DNA of 64,000 nt from Takakia lepidozioides (taxonomy: Eukaryota; Plantae; Bryophyta). This document shows positions 50,422 through 63,700 of the stretch, in pieces (position 1 is the stretch's first letter; every line of letters begins with the position of its first letter). The translations under genes and the position numbers were made by a program. A model generated the notes under the pieces. The model was not told the DNA's origin and ran no database searches. It saw only the letters and a list, made by a program, of their open reading frames with translations. The DNA is taken from contig CM060733.1 of NCBI GenBank assembly GCA_030704615.1, positions 9,424,001 to 9,488,000 of the forward strand. Reading direction: 5' to 3'.

Positions 50422-52290
50422 TGCCCTTCACGCCATTCACGTGTGGTGTCTTCGGGCTCTGCACAAACTGTGCCACTTTGCTGGTTGCAAAAGTGTAGTC
50501 AATGCGAGTTCCAGTGCTTGCAAACTGTACGCTGCCTACCACTGGCCGGTAGGGGAAGCTGTTATTTACCACGTCTTCTGCAGTTGAAAAATGTTCAAGG
50601 GTACTACAAGGGTCGGATGGAATGGCAAGAGGAGCTGCGTTATCAAAACCGTACTTGGCCAGAAATCTATCGACATATCTGGATTGGTCAATCTGCAAGG
50701 TTCTTTTGGCTCTGTCTCGTGTAATGCGTAAGCCTAGGTAAATCTCGGGATTGGAATTGGTTAGTTTGAAAGCTTGGCCCATGTAGCCTATCATTGTGGT
50801 GACTCCGGTGGTTGACACACTACAGAGAATTCCGTCATCTACGAAAATGATCAGGATGAGTCTGGGATTGACTGTGCTAAGGTACACAAGGATCGGCTGC
50901 AGTGGGAACTAGGCTGTATTCAGTTAGGAAATCGTTAAAACGCTGATTCCAGACTCTACTTGACTGTTTCAGACCATACAAAGCTTTGTTTAACTTACAG
51001 ACTTTACCAGGTGGAAATTGATCTTCGAAGCCGATCGGGGGTGCCATGAAGATGTCCTTGGTTATCTCCCCATGCTGGAAGGCCGTGGTTACGTCGAACG
51101 GGGTCATCTCAAGATCCTCTGTTGCTGCAATCGACAAAACTGTGCAAATAGAGTTGAATTTCACTACAGGGCTGAAGGTCTCTTCATAGTCAATTCCTTC
51201 CTGCTGAGTAAATCCCTTTGCCACTAATCTTGCTTTGTACTGTTCAATGTTACCTTGTGTTTCAACTTGAATACCCATTTGTTCCTGATGAGATTTCTTC
51301 CAGCAGGCAGGTCACAAATGGACCATGTGTCGTTTTCAAGCAGGGCATCATACTCTGCCTGCATTGCATCTCCAGCTAGCTGATTGCGGTGACTGCAAGG
51401 CTTCACACACAGTAAGGGGTTCTTGCGGTACTGTGCTGGGGTGGGCTTCTGCTACGTAAGCCCAGTCGCCGTAACGGTCGACTGGCTTCCGCTCTCTGCT
51501 GTTGTATGGAGGTACCGTTACGGATTCTCCCACTGGTTGGATTGTAGGCATGGATTCGTCTGCCATTGCTTGTATAGCCGATACTGCAACTCCAGTTGAC
51601 TCTATTTTGGCTTCCTGAGCTGACACTGTAAGCGGTTGGGATTCTGTGCATGACGGCTGCTCTGGCCCAAAGGCTGATGGCACCGGGAAGTCGGTGATTA
51701 TGTCTTCCCATGATGCAAGCATGTCATCATCATTAGATCCTTCTGTGCCAGAATTGATGTTGTCGACAGCTGCGTTCTGCTCGCTATCTAACGGATCTGG
51801 GGGCGGATCCATGGGTGTGGATATCAGGTCTGGGGTAGATAAAATGATCATGTTTGAGCCAGAGGTACTAGATTTTCCTTGGATCGAGAGAAATACGATG
51901 TCGTCAGACTGTCCCCGTGTTTTCTTTCATTCTTGCTCGTTGGCAATCCCTTGCATGTTTTCTTCGTCAAACAAAATGTCCCTGCTCTCTATGATGCGAT
52001 TATTCCAGATCCGGTAAGCCTTGCTAGTGGTACTATATCCCATAAGAATCCCTTTCTTTGCCTTTGGGTCGAGCTTTTTACGAAGCTCACTGGGAACGTG
52101 CACGTAAGCATCTGCACCGAAAATCCTCATGTGTGCAACTGAGGGCTTTACACCATGCCATGCCTCAAAAGGTGTGACCCCTTGTAATGTGCTCCTACCA
52201 TTTCGATTAAGTGTGTATACCGCAGTTGCAATGGCCTCTCCCCAAAATCGCAAGTGAATATCCCCTATGTAGAGCATGCTCCTGGCTGCC
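50422..52290 (-). mobile_element. Ty1/copia integrase C-terminal part and reverse transcriptase (frameshifted)
   Basis: FWGEAIATAVYTLNR..TPFEAWHG.KP..HMRIFG..RKKLDPK; [25 protein letters not shown]; KALYGLKQS; IFVDDG. Confidence 0.92.
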
Positions 52291-52299
52291 GCATTGCAA

Positions 52300-53850
52300 G
52301 ATTTTTTTTTCGCAATGAACAAAAACGAGATGACAAGTGAACGCCTCATTGGCCCATCGAACGAATTTTGATTGATCTTATATTGCATTGGGACCTATCA
52401 GAGGGTACATTGAACACACTGGCCAAGTCTCAAAGCGAACAAAAATCATTTGGATGGGCAACCATCCGTTGACCCATTGAACGAATTTCGGTTGATCTCA
52501 TATTACTTTGGGGCCTCTTCCATGGTACATTGAACATATTGGCCAAGTCTCAAAAGCGACCCAAAATCATTTCGATGGCCAACCATCCGTTGAGCCATCG
52601 AATGAATTTCGATTGATCTGATATTAGTCCGGGACCTATGAGAGGGTGTCTCAAACGTATTGGCAAAGTTTGGAAGCAAACAAAAATGATTTGGATGGGC
52701 AACCATCCGTTCACCCATTGAATGTATTATGTTGGATCTGCTATTACTTTGGGACCTGTTGGACTGCGTTTCGTGTGCTCATGTTTTTTTTTTCATTCCG
52801 TTTTTTAATGGGGCGTGTAATGACTCCATATGCACGTGCATGCCAAATTTAGGAACAATCAAAATTCATTTGGACCCAAAACCACAGTTTCTTGCCCGTT
52901 TTGCACTCCAAACTTGAGTTGTGCTCTACTTCATGCATTCTTCATAGAGAGTTTTGCAATAGTGAGCGAAGAGAACATATTTTTTTCTTGGGGAATTTTT
53001 TATCGGTCCAAATTTTGGCGGGGGAGTAGCAGTGGGATGCTTGAAGCCGCAAAACAAAATTGAGCCAAAAACAAAATCGATACGTGCCAAAAACCCCCAA
53101 TGAAAGGTAGTGCAAACTTATTTATTGGCTGAAAATTAATTTAAATGCAATTACGTTATGGAATGGCTTGGTGTCGATGGGGAGGCAAATGATTTATTCG
53201 TCTGTTGTGTCTCTGCACATGTGTCGCACACATGTTCAAGCACATGCGGGCAAAAGAGGGGCTTCAACCACCTCCGTTCAATGGGTACAATAGCCGTGCA
53301 CGCATTGCATGATTTTTTTTTCGCAATGAACAAAAACGAGATGACAACTATGTAAGAGGCATAAAGAACATACTGGCAAAATTTCAAATCATTCAAATTT
53401 TTTTTGATCAAGGAATCTTTGGTTTATCCTTTTCACCATTAACGATTCATCACGAATAAATGAACAGACGAATAAATCATTAGCCAAATGATTTTGGTTC
53501 GCTTTGAGACTTGGCCAGTATATTCCAGTACCATGGAAGAGGCCCCAAAATAATATGAGATCAATCAAAAATGGTTCACAGGAGGAACCAATGGTTACTT
53601 GATGTGCCGATTTCTGAATGCTTTCAAACTTTGCCATTGCATTGTACATGCCCTCTTAAAGGTACCGGACAAGTATGAGTTCGATTTAAAATATTGCAAT
53701 GGGTGAACCAATGGTATCTTCATTCAACAATTTTTGATTGTTTTGAAACTTTGCCAGTATATTGTACATGCCGTCAAACAGGTACCGAACAAGTATGAGG
53801 TTATTCAAAAATGGTTCAAAGGATGAACCTCGTATTTCCAAAAATTATGT
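52300..53850. repeat. ~120-bp degenerate tandem repeats in two oppositely oriented blocks
   Basis: GGCCAAGTCTCAAAGCGAACAAAAATCATTTGG units at 52421, 52541 and 52662; reverse-complement units from 53483 onward. A ~45-bp direct duplicate at ~52290 and ~53300. Confidence 0.75.
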
Positions 53851-53963
53851 AGACTATACAGTGGGTTGCATATTTAAGTTTTCGCAACTTGAGACCTTTG
53901 GCCTATTCCCTACGTTTCTAGCCTTTCTAGTCATCTTCATCTAGATTGATTACTTCGTTGTCG

Positions 53964-56840
53964 TCATCTCCAGATGTTGATGAGAGATGCTCCGGGTGTA
54001 GAGGACCTGTCTCCACCAGTACGGAGAGCTCGAGCCTGGGCTCGAGTGGTCAAAGAGGGACCCAGTGTTGTGTGGTCCACCCTTGCCATCATGCGTAGCG
54101 TTCTAGGCGAGTGCTGACTCTCTTCCACATTTGCTAGAGCCGGGTTTGTCGCTCTTGCTACGGCTTCATGCAAATTTTCAATTAAATCAAATATGTTTAG
54201 AAGTGGCAAGAACACCCCTGGAATAGGGGCAACTTGGTCACGCCATGTGTTCTGCCAATACTTTACAATTAACACTCGTGATGGCAGCCTTGAAATTGTC
54301 CAATACCTCCTCCAGCTGGGGGTCTCTGCGCAACTCTGGAGGAAATGGCCCTTCATCCCGACGAGGCACCCAGTACCCCTCATTCATATCCTCCCAACGG
54401 ATGCTAGTGGCCTCCAACTCCCTCAGAAATAGGTCTCTCCCAATCGGTTCGCGATTGTATGGGTCGTTTTCCGCTGGCACCCACGGATTCTCAAGCAGTC
54501 GGAAGAATCTTTGTCTGGTACAGCTCCAATGCCCTCCCAAGTTCCGGCAAAAAAACTCCCTTTGGACTGGGTCCTGTATGCCTCTAGCACGCACGGTTAT
54601 TTCCCAGTTGGATGTCACCCAAAAGGTCACCGGATCTTTAACCCTAGTTAACGTCTTCGAATCCAAGGCATGCATCTCTCTTGGAGCATCCCATGTCATT
54701 GTCTCCCCCCAGTGCTGCCAATTTAAAAAATCGTAAGGCGATACATCCAATGGCATGTTGTACCGGTTGTACTCGTATCCCATGGGCATATTGTCTTGCA
54801 ACCCAAACAACTCGTAGAAACGTCGATGGATTGGTCCACGGCAGTCAGGGCATTGGCTGGCTTGCATGGCTGCCGATATGAGACATGCGGGGTGGAACAA
54901 ATGGCCACATGAACCAAGCATATAGCCTCCCTCCGGTCCATAAGGGTTTCGGCACATTGTGCATACCGTACCATCTGTTACCCATGACGCTGGATTGCTC
55001 CGTGGTATCCACGTCCGTTTATCCTCATGAATATTGGATGATATCCTCGGCCTGCTGTCCCACTCCTCCTCTACTTCCAAATCCCAGTTTATGCTCTTAT
55101 TGGTATCGGAAATTGTATGCACACAGTGCTCAAACATGACATCCACATCACCCCATGTGGTGAATCCAGTGTACTTCGACGTGAATACATCATGCACAAT
55201 GTCGTACCTTTGCAAATTAGTAGAGATGTTATCTACGCTTCGATTCGACAAACGTGCTGCACGTTGGAGGGAGGACAACGCTTCTTCTATCCGTGTTTCC
55301 CGCGATGCTAGATGGCCCGCCCATGTCACCCAATTCCGCCAATTCCCCTTCAACCATGGCCACGATCGGATTTGCATGGCATTTGAGTACCGATATGCAA
55401 CAGCCCTAGCTTATCCCTACAAGCTGTTTTAATTCTTGTTCATGGGCCGATGTCATTTGTACGCCTGAACATTCCTCAATTTCCACTATGGGGTCCTTCC
55501 CTTTTCTTGCCCTCTCCGCCGTAAGTCTTTCTTCATCAACCCTCGCCGGATCCAGTTCAGGCGTTTGCACTTCATTCCCATGCCCAATTGAGTCAACCCC
55601 GTCGATGACGCGGTCAATGTTCATTGGTGGCATATTCAAACGCGCCAATATGTCTTGCTCGTTGGTGATTGGCCTCGGGTCCTGAAGCACACCGCGTACG
55701 CTGTCGAGAGTCCCCAACCCCATTCTTTTCAGCAACTTCGCTATTTGTCACCGTTGCAAATGAACAATATCCTGTAGGTCCTTGATGTGTTGTTCATGTG
55801 CGACCAACTGTTCTTCCAACGGAGAGCGTACCTCGCCTCCCTCCACCTCAGACGTTGAAGGCCCGACTGCGGAGACCTGTTGCGGCGTATAATCTGGAGG
55901 TTGGTCTGCCTTTTCTCCTTCTTCCACCTCGTCGTTTCCATCCAACCGTATGATGTCCTGCCCTTGACGTATATACAAGTCTGGGATATCAGAGAACATG
56001 TATAGTCTAGTACGCTGTCTCGCAGTGGCAGTTTGCCAATCCACTGGTCGCAATAAAATCAACTCTATGTACAACATGACCGCAAATAAATACGGGACCT
56101 TGTTGTTTCAATCTCATTTGCCTCGTTATCCTTCTCCTAATACCATACAGTAAGCTAACATGTACACTCTCTCTGAGAGTAGCTGAAGTTGAGATGTTGC
56201 ATCTAGTGTCCACATATCCATAGCAGGCTAGTTACTATCAACTTGATTTCAGCTGTGCTCGAAGAGAACACTGGTGAGCAAAAAAATGTTACCAGAGCCT
56301 GCATGTCTACCAATGTGTGGAAGTCATAATTCTTGTGTTGGTTTATGAGAAACAATTTGAACATGTGTAATGGTTGACGTGTGCGGAAATATGTGTGCAG
56401 ATCGATGAAGACATTCTCCAGGAAGTGGTGCTTTTAGGGTTCGACCGATCTCAGCTTGTTGACTCTTTACTTAATCGTGTCAAAATAATGTACAGATTTT
56501 TTTCAGTATGCATGGCTTTATAACATGGCTTCAAGTCGGTGGATTGTTGTGGTGTTGTACAAAACTGAGATCTGAGTTTGATTATATATTTCTCCTGTCG
56601 ACAGCAGCTTCCATGGATTCCTCATTCTACTTGTAGTAGCTTCTCATTTAAGTCTAGGGTCTATTTCTCGATTTATCTTTATCTGTTGTTCCATTTCCAT
56701 GGCTTGACTGATGTAGTCGGAAATGTTGGTATAGTTTTGATTATGCCTAAGCAGGTCAGTCTGCTGGTCCATATTTGCTCGCAGTTGGATCATCTGTATG
56801 AAGTGTGGGGGTCGCAAAGTGCGACGCCAGGACGTCACAA
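53964..56840 (-). pseudogene. TE-associated ORF with RING-H2 zinc finger (frameshifted)
   Basis: CTMC..GSCGHLFHPAC..QCPDC in 54238-55377, flanked by colinear ORF pieces (55406-55735, 55748-56077, 56007-56213, 56644-56838). Confidence 0.6.
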
Positions 56841-57063
56841 TTTAAGGGGGTAAATTTGAATTTAGGCGGGAAAATTTGAATTTGAAATTTGAATTTCAAA
56901 AACTTGTTGACCATTGACTCCGGTTCTGTCTAATGACGATATGTTCATTGTTCTACATATCTGATGCAATGCATACTTGAACCTAAGACCTCCACATTAT
57001 AACATTTCTAAGACACTACAAACTAACCAACACACCTACGCTACATCTATGTATCACAAAAGC

Positions 57064-57260
57064 AATATAGATATATAGATATATAGATAGATAGATAGAT
57101 AGATAGATATATATAGATAGATATAGATATAGATATAGATATATATAGAGATATATATATATATATATATATATAGATATATATATATATATAGATAGAT
57201 ATATATATATATAGATAGATATATATATATATAGATATATATATATAGATATAGATAAAG
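57064..57260. repeat. (AT)n/(AGAT)n compound microsatellite
   Basis: Seen directly in the sequence. Confidence 0.97.
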
Positions 57261-58118
57261 ATTTCCTTCAAGAGCCTTCAAGTTCATTCTAAGCAGACGA
57301 GTGGGCACTGGCATCTTTTTGGGATTAAAGGTTGGAACATTGACAGTTAGCGAACCTCAGGAATAATAACCCGCTTCATCGGGTCCACCAGTAGCATACG
57401 TGGAATCAGATCCCTTGCTCCCGGCGACAAATGGCTTGGTAGCGTGTAAATGCCACCCTGCACAAACAGGCACCCGCCATCTCCATCTGCACGCTAGGGT
57501 TTCACTGTGACAGTGTTGAGCTCAGCCAGGGGACTTAGCCGATTCTAGCTCCTCTCTTCGGCGTGCAATCTCGTCCTTACGATCCTCAGGATATGACGGT
57601 GAGTAGTTCTGTAATCGTGCATATCTGAGCACGTCCATAGGACGATGGAGATCATCCAGGTGCTACATGCATTGGGTGCTTGTAGCAGAAAATTTAAAGT
57701 TTGCAGGCCAGGTTTACAGGTTTGTGAAAGCGAATTAGCTAACATAAATTTATTCTACAAGAATTTAAAGGTTAATAACTTTGTAAAATATACGATCTGG
57801 CGATGGAGGAAGAAGAAGAGCTCCGCAAGGCGCGGTGTGTGCAAGCTTCGCCGACAGCCTCCACACCTCTTCAACCCTAGCACTCGGGCTCCCCTTCCTC
57901 CCCGCTATTGCCTCTAAGTCCCAAACAAACTAATGTTGTACCTCACGATTCTTCCCGAACATAATACTTAGTGCCATCGACAGGCCCATCCCAATCACCG
58001 GATCTAAGCGGCTGTCATGACGAGCCTGTCTATCTTCATCAGAGTCGCATGCTTAGCCGTATGCTTCTCAGCTCACCTCTACTAATTCTCCCTAAAGCGC
58101 AGCCGCAAGTACATAAGA

Positions 58119-58147
58119 CCCCCCCCCCCCCCCCCCCCCCCCCCCCC
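58119..58147. repeat. Poly-C tract
   Basis: About 29 consecutive C. Confidence 0.95.
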
Positions 58148-59669
58148 GATCCCCTGCCATAACATCCGATCCCTACCTTTTTCATCATGGAAATGATCGT
58201 TTCGGTTTCCTAGGAGCCGCCTTCACTAACTCACCCCTAAGCCCCTGCCCGCGCTTCCTGCAGCTGCTGATCAGTTTAGGCCCGTTTTTCAGCTTGCGCC
58301 CTTTCCTCTAGTCCTTCTTCTCGCCTTTCCTCGCTTGGCTAGCCTCAGGTGCCTGCAAGTTCGCATGGGACCCTTTTGCACGCATCTGGCTAGTTGATTC
58401 TTGTTATCCTCTCAATTGCCCCTTCCTTCCTTCTCCTCCAGCTCAATCAACAGACCATCAGCAGACCACAATAATCAGCAGACCATGATATTTAACAGAC
58501 ACTCATACCTTAGCAGACAATCTGGACTTTAGCAGATAAAAACATTTCAGAAGACCTAATTATGGACGTATACAGTCTGCTGAAGTCTTCCACAGATGAG
58601 CAGACTACGCGACAACACGAGAAATAGGTCTGTCGGCTTCACCACAAGTCGGTTCATACAAGAGCTGGCTGCTATGCAGCAAAACACACATGATCCATTG
58701 GGCATTCGGAGCTCTAAGATCTCTCAACAAACCACAACACTCAGCAGACCATGGCAATGAGCAGACCACTGCCTTTAGCAGACTCCAGAAAAAAAGGCAG
58801 AATAATAAGAGACCGAACTATGGACGTGCATAGTCTGCTGAAGTTCAGCAGACTAATCGACAGTAGTCCCAAAAAAATGCAGAAAATTGCAGGAATGGTT
58901 TGAGGTTGACCCCACAATGTTGTATGTACCTCCTCTGCCCTATGGCGGAAATGCGGATTGGCGCAGGAATGCAAGCTAGTTTGATTTTGTTTGGTTTGTG
59001 GATCATGCCTATTTCTAGGCCACAAACGATTTATGTGACACCAGTCCACAAATTTCCTGTAGTCACCAAGCGACCACCGCTGCCCCAACCTCGAAACTTC
59101 CCAACCTGGTTCCGCAAGAATGTTGGGGTCATTGTATATGTCCCAACGAAGTTCGCGCCTGGCCTCTTTTGGTTTTTTTGGGAGGTCCAGGTTCATTATC
59201 GTCATCCCTGGGATGACCTTCTCTGTCTTCCTCCTCTGCCATTTATGGCTCTGGCTTACCCCTACTTGACATGTGTCTGTTAAGAAAAATGCTCTCCCAA
59301 CCCTCCTAAATCGTACCTAATCCTACTCCCTAATGAATCCTCCCCAAGTACTAGAGGCACGTGTCACTCCCTCCGCAATTCTAAGTGATATGACGCAATG
59401 TGCAATGAAAAAAACGTGGGTGCCAGAGGAGGGTTTCCCGGGAGGTACTCAGCATCGATTTCATAGAAACCAACGGCCCAAAATACCCCCACCCAACCAA
59501 TAGCACCCCTCTCCACTTGGACTCAATGACAAAGAATGCAACATCCCATCGCCCACCAAGTCCTGGTGTGAAGAAAAGTGAGGGAGAGAATGGTCTCCAA
59601 GGCCTTATAAGCCCCCCCTCCACACTCGGGGCCCGCGTTGTCATCATGACTGCGCACGCTAGTAATAGC

Positions 59670-60755
59670 TGCGACCGCCAACGGGTGGTCGCATCATATT
59701 TTCTTTTCTTTATTAGGTGCGACCACCAGCAGGGGGGTGGTCGCAGATTTTTTATTTATTTAATAGGTGCGACCACCAGCAGGGGGTGGTCGTAGAAATT
59801 TTGTTTAAAACAAATAGGTGCGACCACCACCTACTGGTGGTCGCACTATTTTCCTTTTCTTTAATAGATGCGACCACCAGCAGGGGGTGGTCGTAGGGGG
59901 GTGGTCGCATAATTTTCCGATTTTTTAATATCTACCAACAGTCAATAGCTCAGTTGGTTAAGTGTACTGAGTGCGACCCGGACGATTCTGGAGTCAAATC
60001 TTGCTACTTGATGGGTGTGGTATGATTCGTGTGTGGTGCCCCATTCCTACGCCTCATGGCGCATAAATGAAAGAGGTTATTTTCTCCTCTCACTACTAAG
60101 GGGCCTGATTTGTGAGCTGTTGCTCCCAGATGTTTCCCAACCAAAATAAAAATAAATAAAAAATAAAATTTGCGACCACCAGCAGGGGGGTGGTCGCACC
60201 ACTTTTTTTAAGGGGCGATCACCAGCAAGGGGGTGGTCGCAGAATTTTCTATTTTTAAATAGCTGCGACCACCAGCAGGGGGGTGGTCGGACCATTTTTC
60301 TTTTTGTTAAATAGGTGCGAATAATATGTAGAGCAGTTTCATTCGGGCCCTGATTCTAGAGTGGTCCAGGAATTACTATGGCCCAGGAATTAGAGTGGGG
60401 CGCCTATGTAGGAAGGCCACGTGTATTAAGGAATGAGATGAGGAGGTCCAAAAAAAGAGGAATTGGCTAAATTTAGAAGAGGGAGTCTTGTAGGGTTGAC
60501 ATGTGTCCAGGGCCTTCTAGAAGGCTCCCAAGGTCGGCGGGCTTCTAGAAGGGTCCCACCGCCCTGAGAGGCTATATAAGGGAACCCCCCCTTACTACGT
60601 ACTAACTTACTACCTATTAAATCAGTAAATAGGTGCGACTACCAGCAGGGGGGTGGTCGCAACATTTTTATTTTATTTTAACAGTTGCGACGACCGCTAC
60701 TGGTGGTCGCACAATTATTTAAAAAAAAATAGGTGCGACCACCAGGAGGTTGGTC
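59670..60755. repeat. Array of hairpin repeats TGCGACCACC-N-GGTGGTCGCA with AT-rich spacers (probably subterminal repeats of the adjacent hAT)
   Basis: About 11 copies (59670, 59718, 59768, 59819, 59869, 60170, 60214, 60264, 60633, 60686, 60734), ~50-bp period. Confidence 0.85.
59939..60010 (+). pseudogene. tRNA-derived relic (SINE-head-like)
   Basis: A-box TAGCTCAGTTGGTTA and degenerate B-box GGAGTCAAATC at tRNA-like spacing; acceptor and T stems are broken. Confidence 0.5.
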
Positions 60756-61283
60756 CCCTTGCACCTGTATGTATGTTTGGAGAGGCAGATGAAAAGCACA
60801 TGTATCGACTCCCCATGGATTTGTGAAGGGGAAGATGAATGTTGGGAGCTGCACCTGGCCTTTGTGGCTTTCGAAACCATAATAAGAAATCAACAATATA
60901 AAGGTAATGACGAAACACAAACACATGCACAACCACCAAACCCTTTCTTGGTACACATAATCCACCATTTTTATTTCCGTACACGTATGCATGTACCCAA
61001 ACTGAAACATGGATATCCATGGAAACATACTACACATCATGTGACAGAAGTTATAGCTGTACCTAGTTCCATCTGGCACGACGACGATGATATGATCTCA
61101 CGCCTAATACAAAATCTTCGTCCCCACTCACTTGATCAGTGGTAGAATCATGATCTCCATCTGTTCTTTCGTTTCCAGAAGCAACTAGCCATTGGACCTG
61201 TAATCATCCTCGGAGTACGTTCAGATGTCTCTCTGGTCGATTTCCACTCCTATCATGAATACCATCTAGGGTATCAGGCATGT

Positions 61284-63700
61284 TCACAGGTTGGTCACCA
61301 ATTGAGAAATAGAAACATGAGATGGAGCGGCGTGAGATGAAGCACGGTTCACAGGGGCACGATGTCGGTGAAGGAATAACAACGGCCGATTGTCATCATC
61401 CGACGATTCGACGTGCACATCTCCCGCAGTCCGTGGAACTCGTGGTGGGGGAGAGTTGACTTCAACTTCATTGTTGAGAGTGTGCTCCACTGGGGGAAGG
61501 GGGTCTGCAATTGGGATGACACCATGTCGCAGTTCATCAACAACAAGGTCATCAAAGGATGGATGCATTGCAGCATCATCGTCATTAAATTCATATGGGT
61601 CATGTGGAGGATTGCCCACATCATCGGACCCATCCCAACCATTGGAGTTGGAGTCCCTCGCGACGTCGGTGTCATCATTGTTGCTAGATTGGACCTCTGA
61701 GGCAGATTCTTCAGACAACAGATTCTTTTCGTACCATGCAGATGCATCACTTTCTGTCATCTCTCGCAATAGCCTACAATTTGTGTAGACATAAACCAAT
61801 TTATCAGCCCTGGCAGGATTCAACCTGTTGCGAATCTTGTTGTGAACAAACGAGTAACTACTTCAGTTCCGCTCACAGGACGAGGCAGAGCACACTTGAG
61901 CAAGAATACGCTTTGCAATGGGAGCTAACGTTCTTGCTCCAGCTCCAATCAGATCCCACCATTCATGTGGCAACATGTTCATTGCTTTTGGATCCGGCAT
62001 GTCATGGAAATGATTCTGGTGATTTGAGAAGCACTGGTACTCGGACAAAGCTTGCTCTGCCATGTTCAAGGGCGTGAGTTACATGATGACCTATACAAGC
62101 CCGACTTTGGCATCCACATCGTCTCTCAAATCCGTATTGTCCAGCAAGAATGGATCCAGCAAGGCCCCCGCATAATACAAGTCCGTGCGAACCATCCGTT
62201 TGCGGTCGTAAAATGCATCCTCGGTCCTTGCCGCCAAATCATCGTCCATAGAAAATGGAGGACGCCTCAAGGATTGTACGTGCTTCTCAAGGTTTTTCAA
62301 TATCAATCATGCTTTACCCATTATTGGTTGTTTTCCATCAAACTCCTGCAAAGCAATCAACACTGGCTCCACCATGTATACAAAATTTGCACATTTCGCC
62401 CAGAAATCGTCGGAGCGAATGATTGCGCGGACCTTCCGACTTTTGCTCAAAGACTTGGACTTACGAGAGTCGCGTAAGGTGCCCACATACGCATCCCATT
62501 GAGGGTCAATGATCACCTGCTCCAGACCCGCCCTCACAATCACCAGTCGATCCACCATCAAAAAATTTGTGGCAAAGCTCACCCGGGTTCCTAAGGCTGT
62601 ATTTGGGTTCATGCTTTCTAAACAATGCCAGAGGGATGTGATGTGTACGAATAAACGTCACAACCGACTTTGCCTTTTTTAATAGTTGTTTCATCCATGA
62701 TTCTTTTCCCCAATCCTCCAAAAGGAGATCAAAGATATGAGCAGCACACCCTTGGTAATATAGATGAGGATATCGTACCATCAAAATATCGGCCATATTA
62801 ACCATGTTACATGCATCGTCCGTGCACACTTGGACAATTTTATCAGCTCCAATTTTATCGATGAAACTCGTCAACAACCCTGCTTGATAACGTGTATATT
62901 TTCTCTCCCCGCTTGTATCAACGGATCCCAAAAATTGTTCCCCTGCAGGACAGACCAGCATGACATTGAACAGTGGTCGATTAGTAACAGAACTCCAACC
63001 GTCCGCACATATAGTGCTTCCATATTTCCGGAGAGAATCACCTGTTTTTTCATTCACCTTTTTGGTGAGGTCAGACATAGCCTCTTCTAGCAATCATGTG
63101 CGGAGATCGCGATAACTCGGAGGTGTGTATGTGGACTTGGAATCGGACGTGGCTTTGACAGCAGCCACAAATGCAGGAAGCCTCGAGACATTGAACGGAA
63201 TATTGACCTCGTGGATAAATTGGGCCCACTTCTTATCCAGAGTCCTCCTATGCGACAAATTTAAACCTTCTTGCATTGATTGTTGCCTCAATGGTCTGGT
63301 CCGTACAAGTGCTGGCGTACAATCGGGTGTTGCTCCTGCCCCATCGGCTTCTCCACGAACAGCAGATGCCTCGCAAGAATCCCCTTGGGTACAACTCTGA
63401 GGGACATTTTAATTCAAACCTGGAGTGTTTGGCTCAGAAGTCGCGGCCACATCAAGAGACAGTGGGATATTGCCTCCACATTGGGCAAAGTGGGCTTTCA
63501 TTCGCATGGAGGCTTTTGGGCACAAACTAACCCCTGCATTCTTCCCATCTCTATAGCCGAGATGATATAACATGCGATCTTTGCGACCTGCCAGCTTCAA
63601 TGCACAAAAATTGCATTGAACACCGTCCTTTTTGTGCGGGTCTACGGTGAACCAAGGGATCCACTCCTCCCTCATCCTCACACCCAAAACCCTAACCACA
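61284..63700 (-). mobile_element. hAT transposase (BED finger, DUF659-type core, dimerization domain), frameshifted
   Basis: VQCNFC..MLYHL..C; ICADGWSS; QVCTDDACNM; CAAHIFDLLLED; FATNF; WWDLIG..ILAQVCSASSCERN; RADKLVYVYTN. Confidence 0.9.

Noticed and set aside
57047-57314. Ile/Tyr-rich ORFs
   Set aside because: Translation of the AT/AGAT microsatellite.
58741-59205. Possible TE accessory exon
   Set aside because: Looks coding, but there is no motif I can recognise, so it is not annotated.
59939-60010. Functional tRNA gene
   Set aside because: Only the D-arm/A-box is good; acceptor and T stems do not pair.
59670-60755. CRISPR array
   Set aside because: Spacers are low-complexity A/T runs; no cas genes; adjacent to a hAT transposase.
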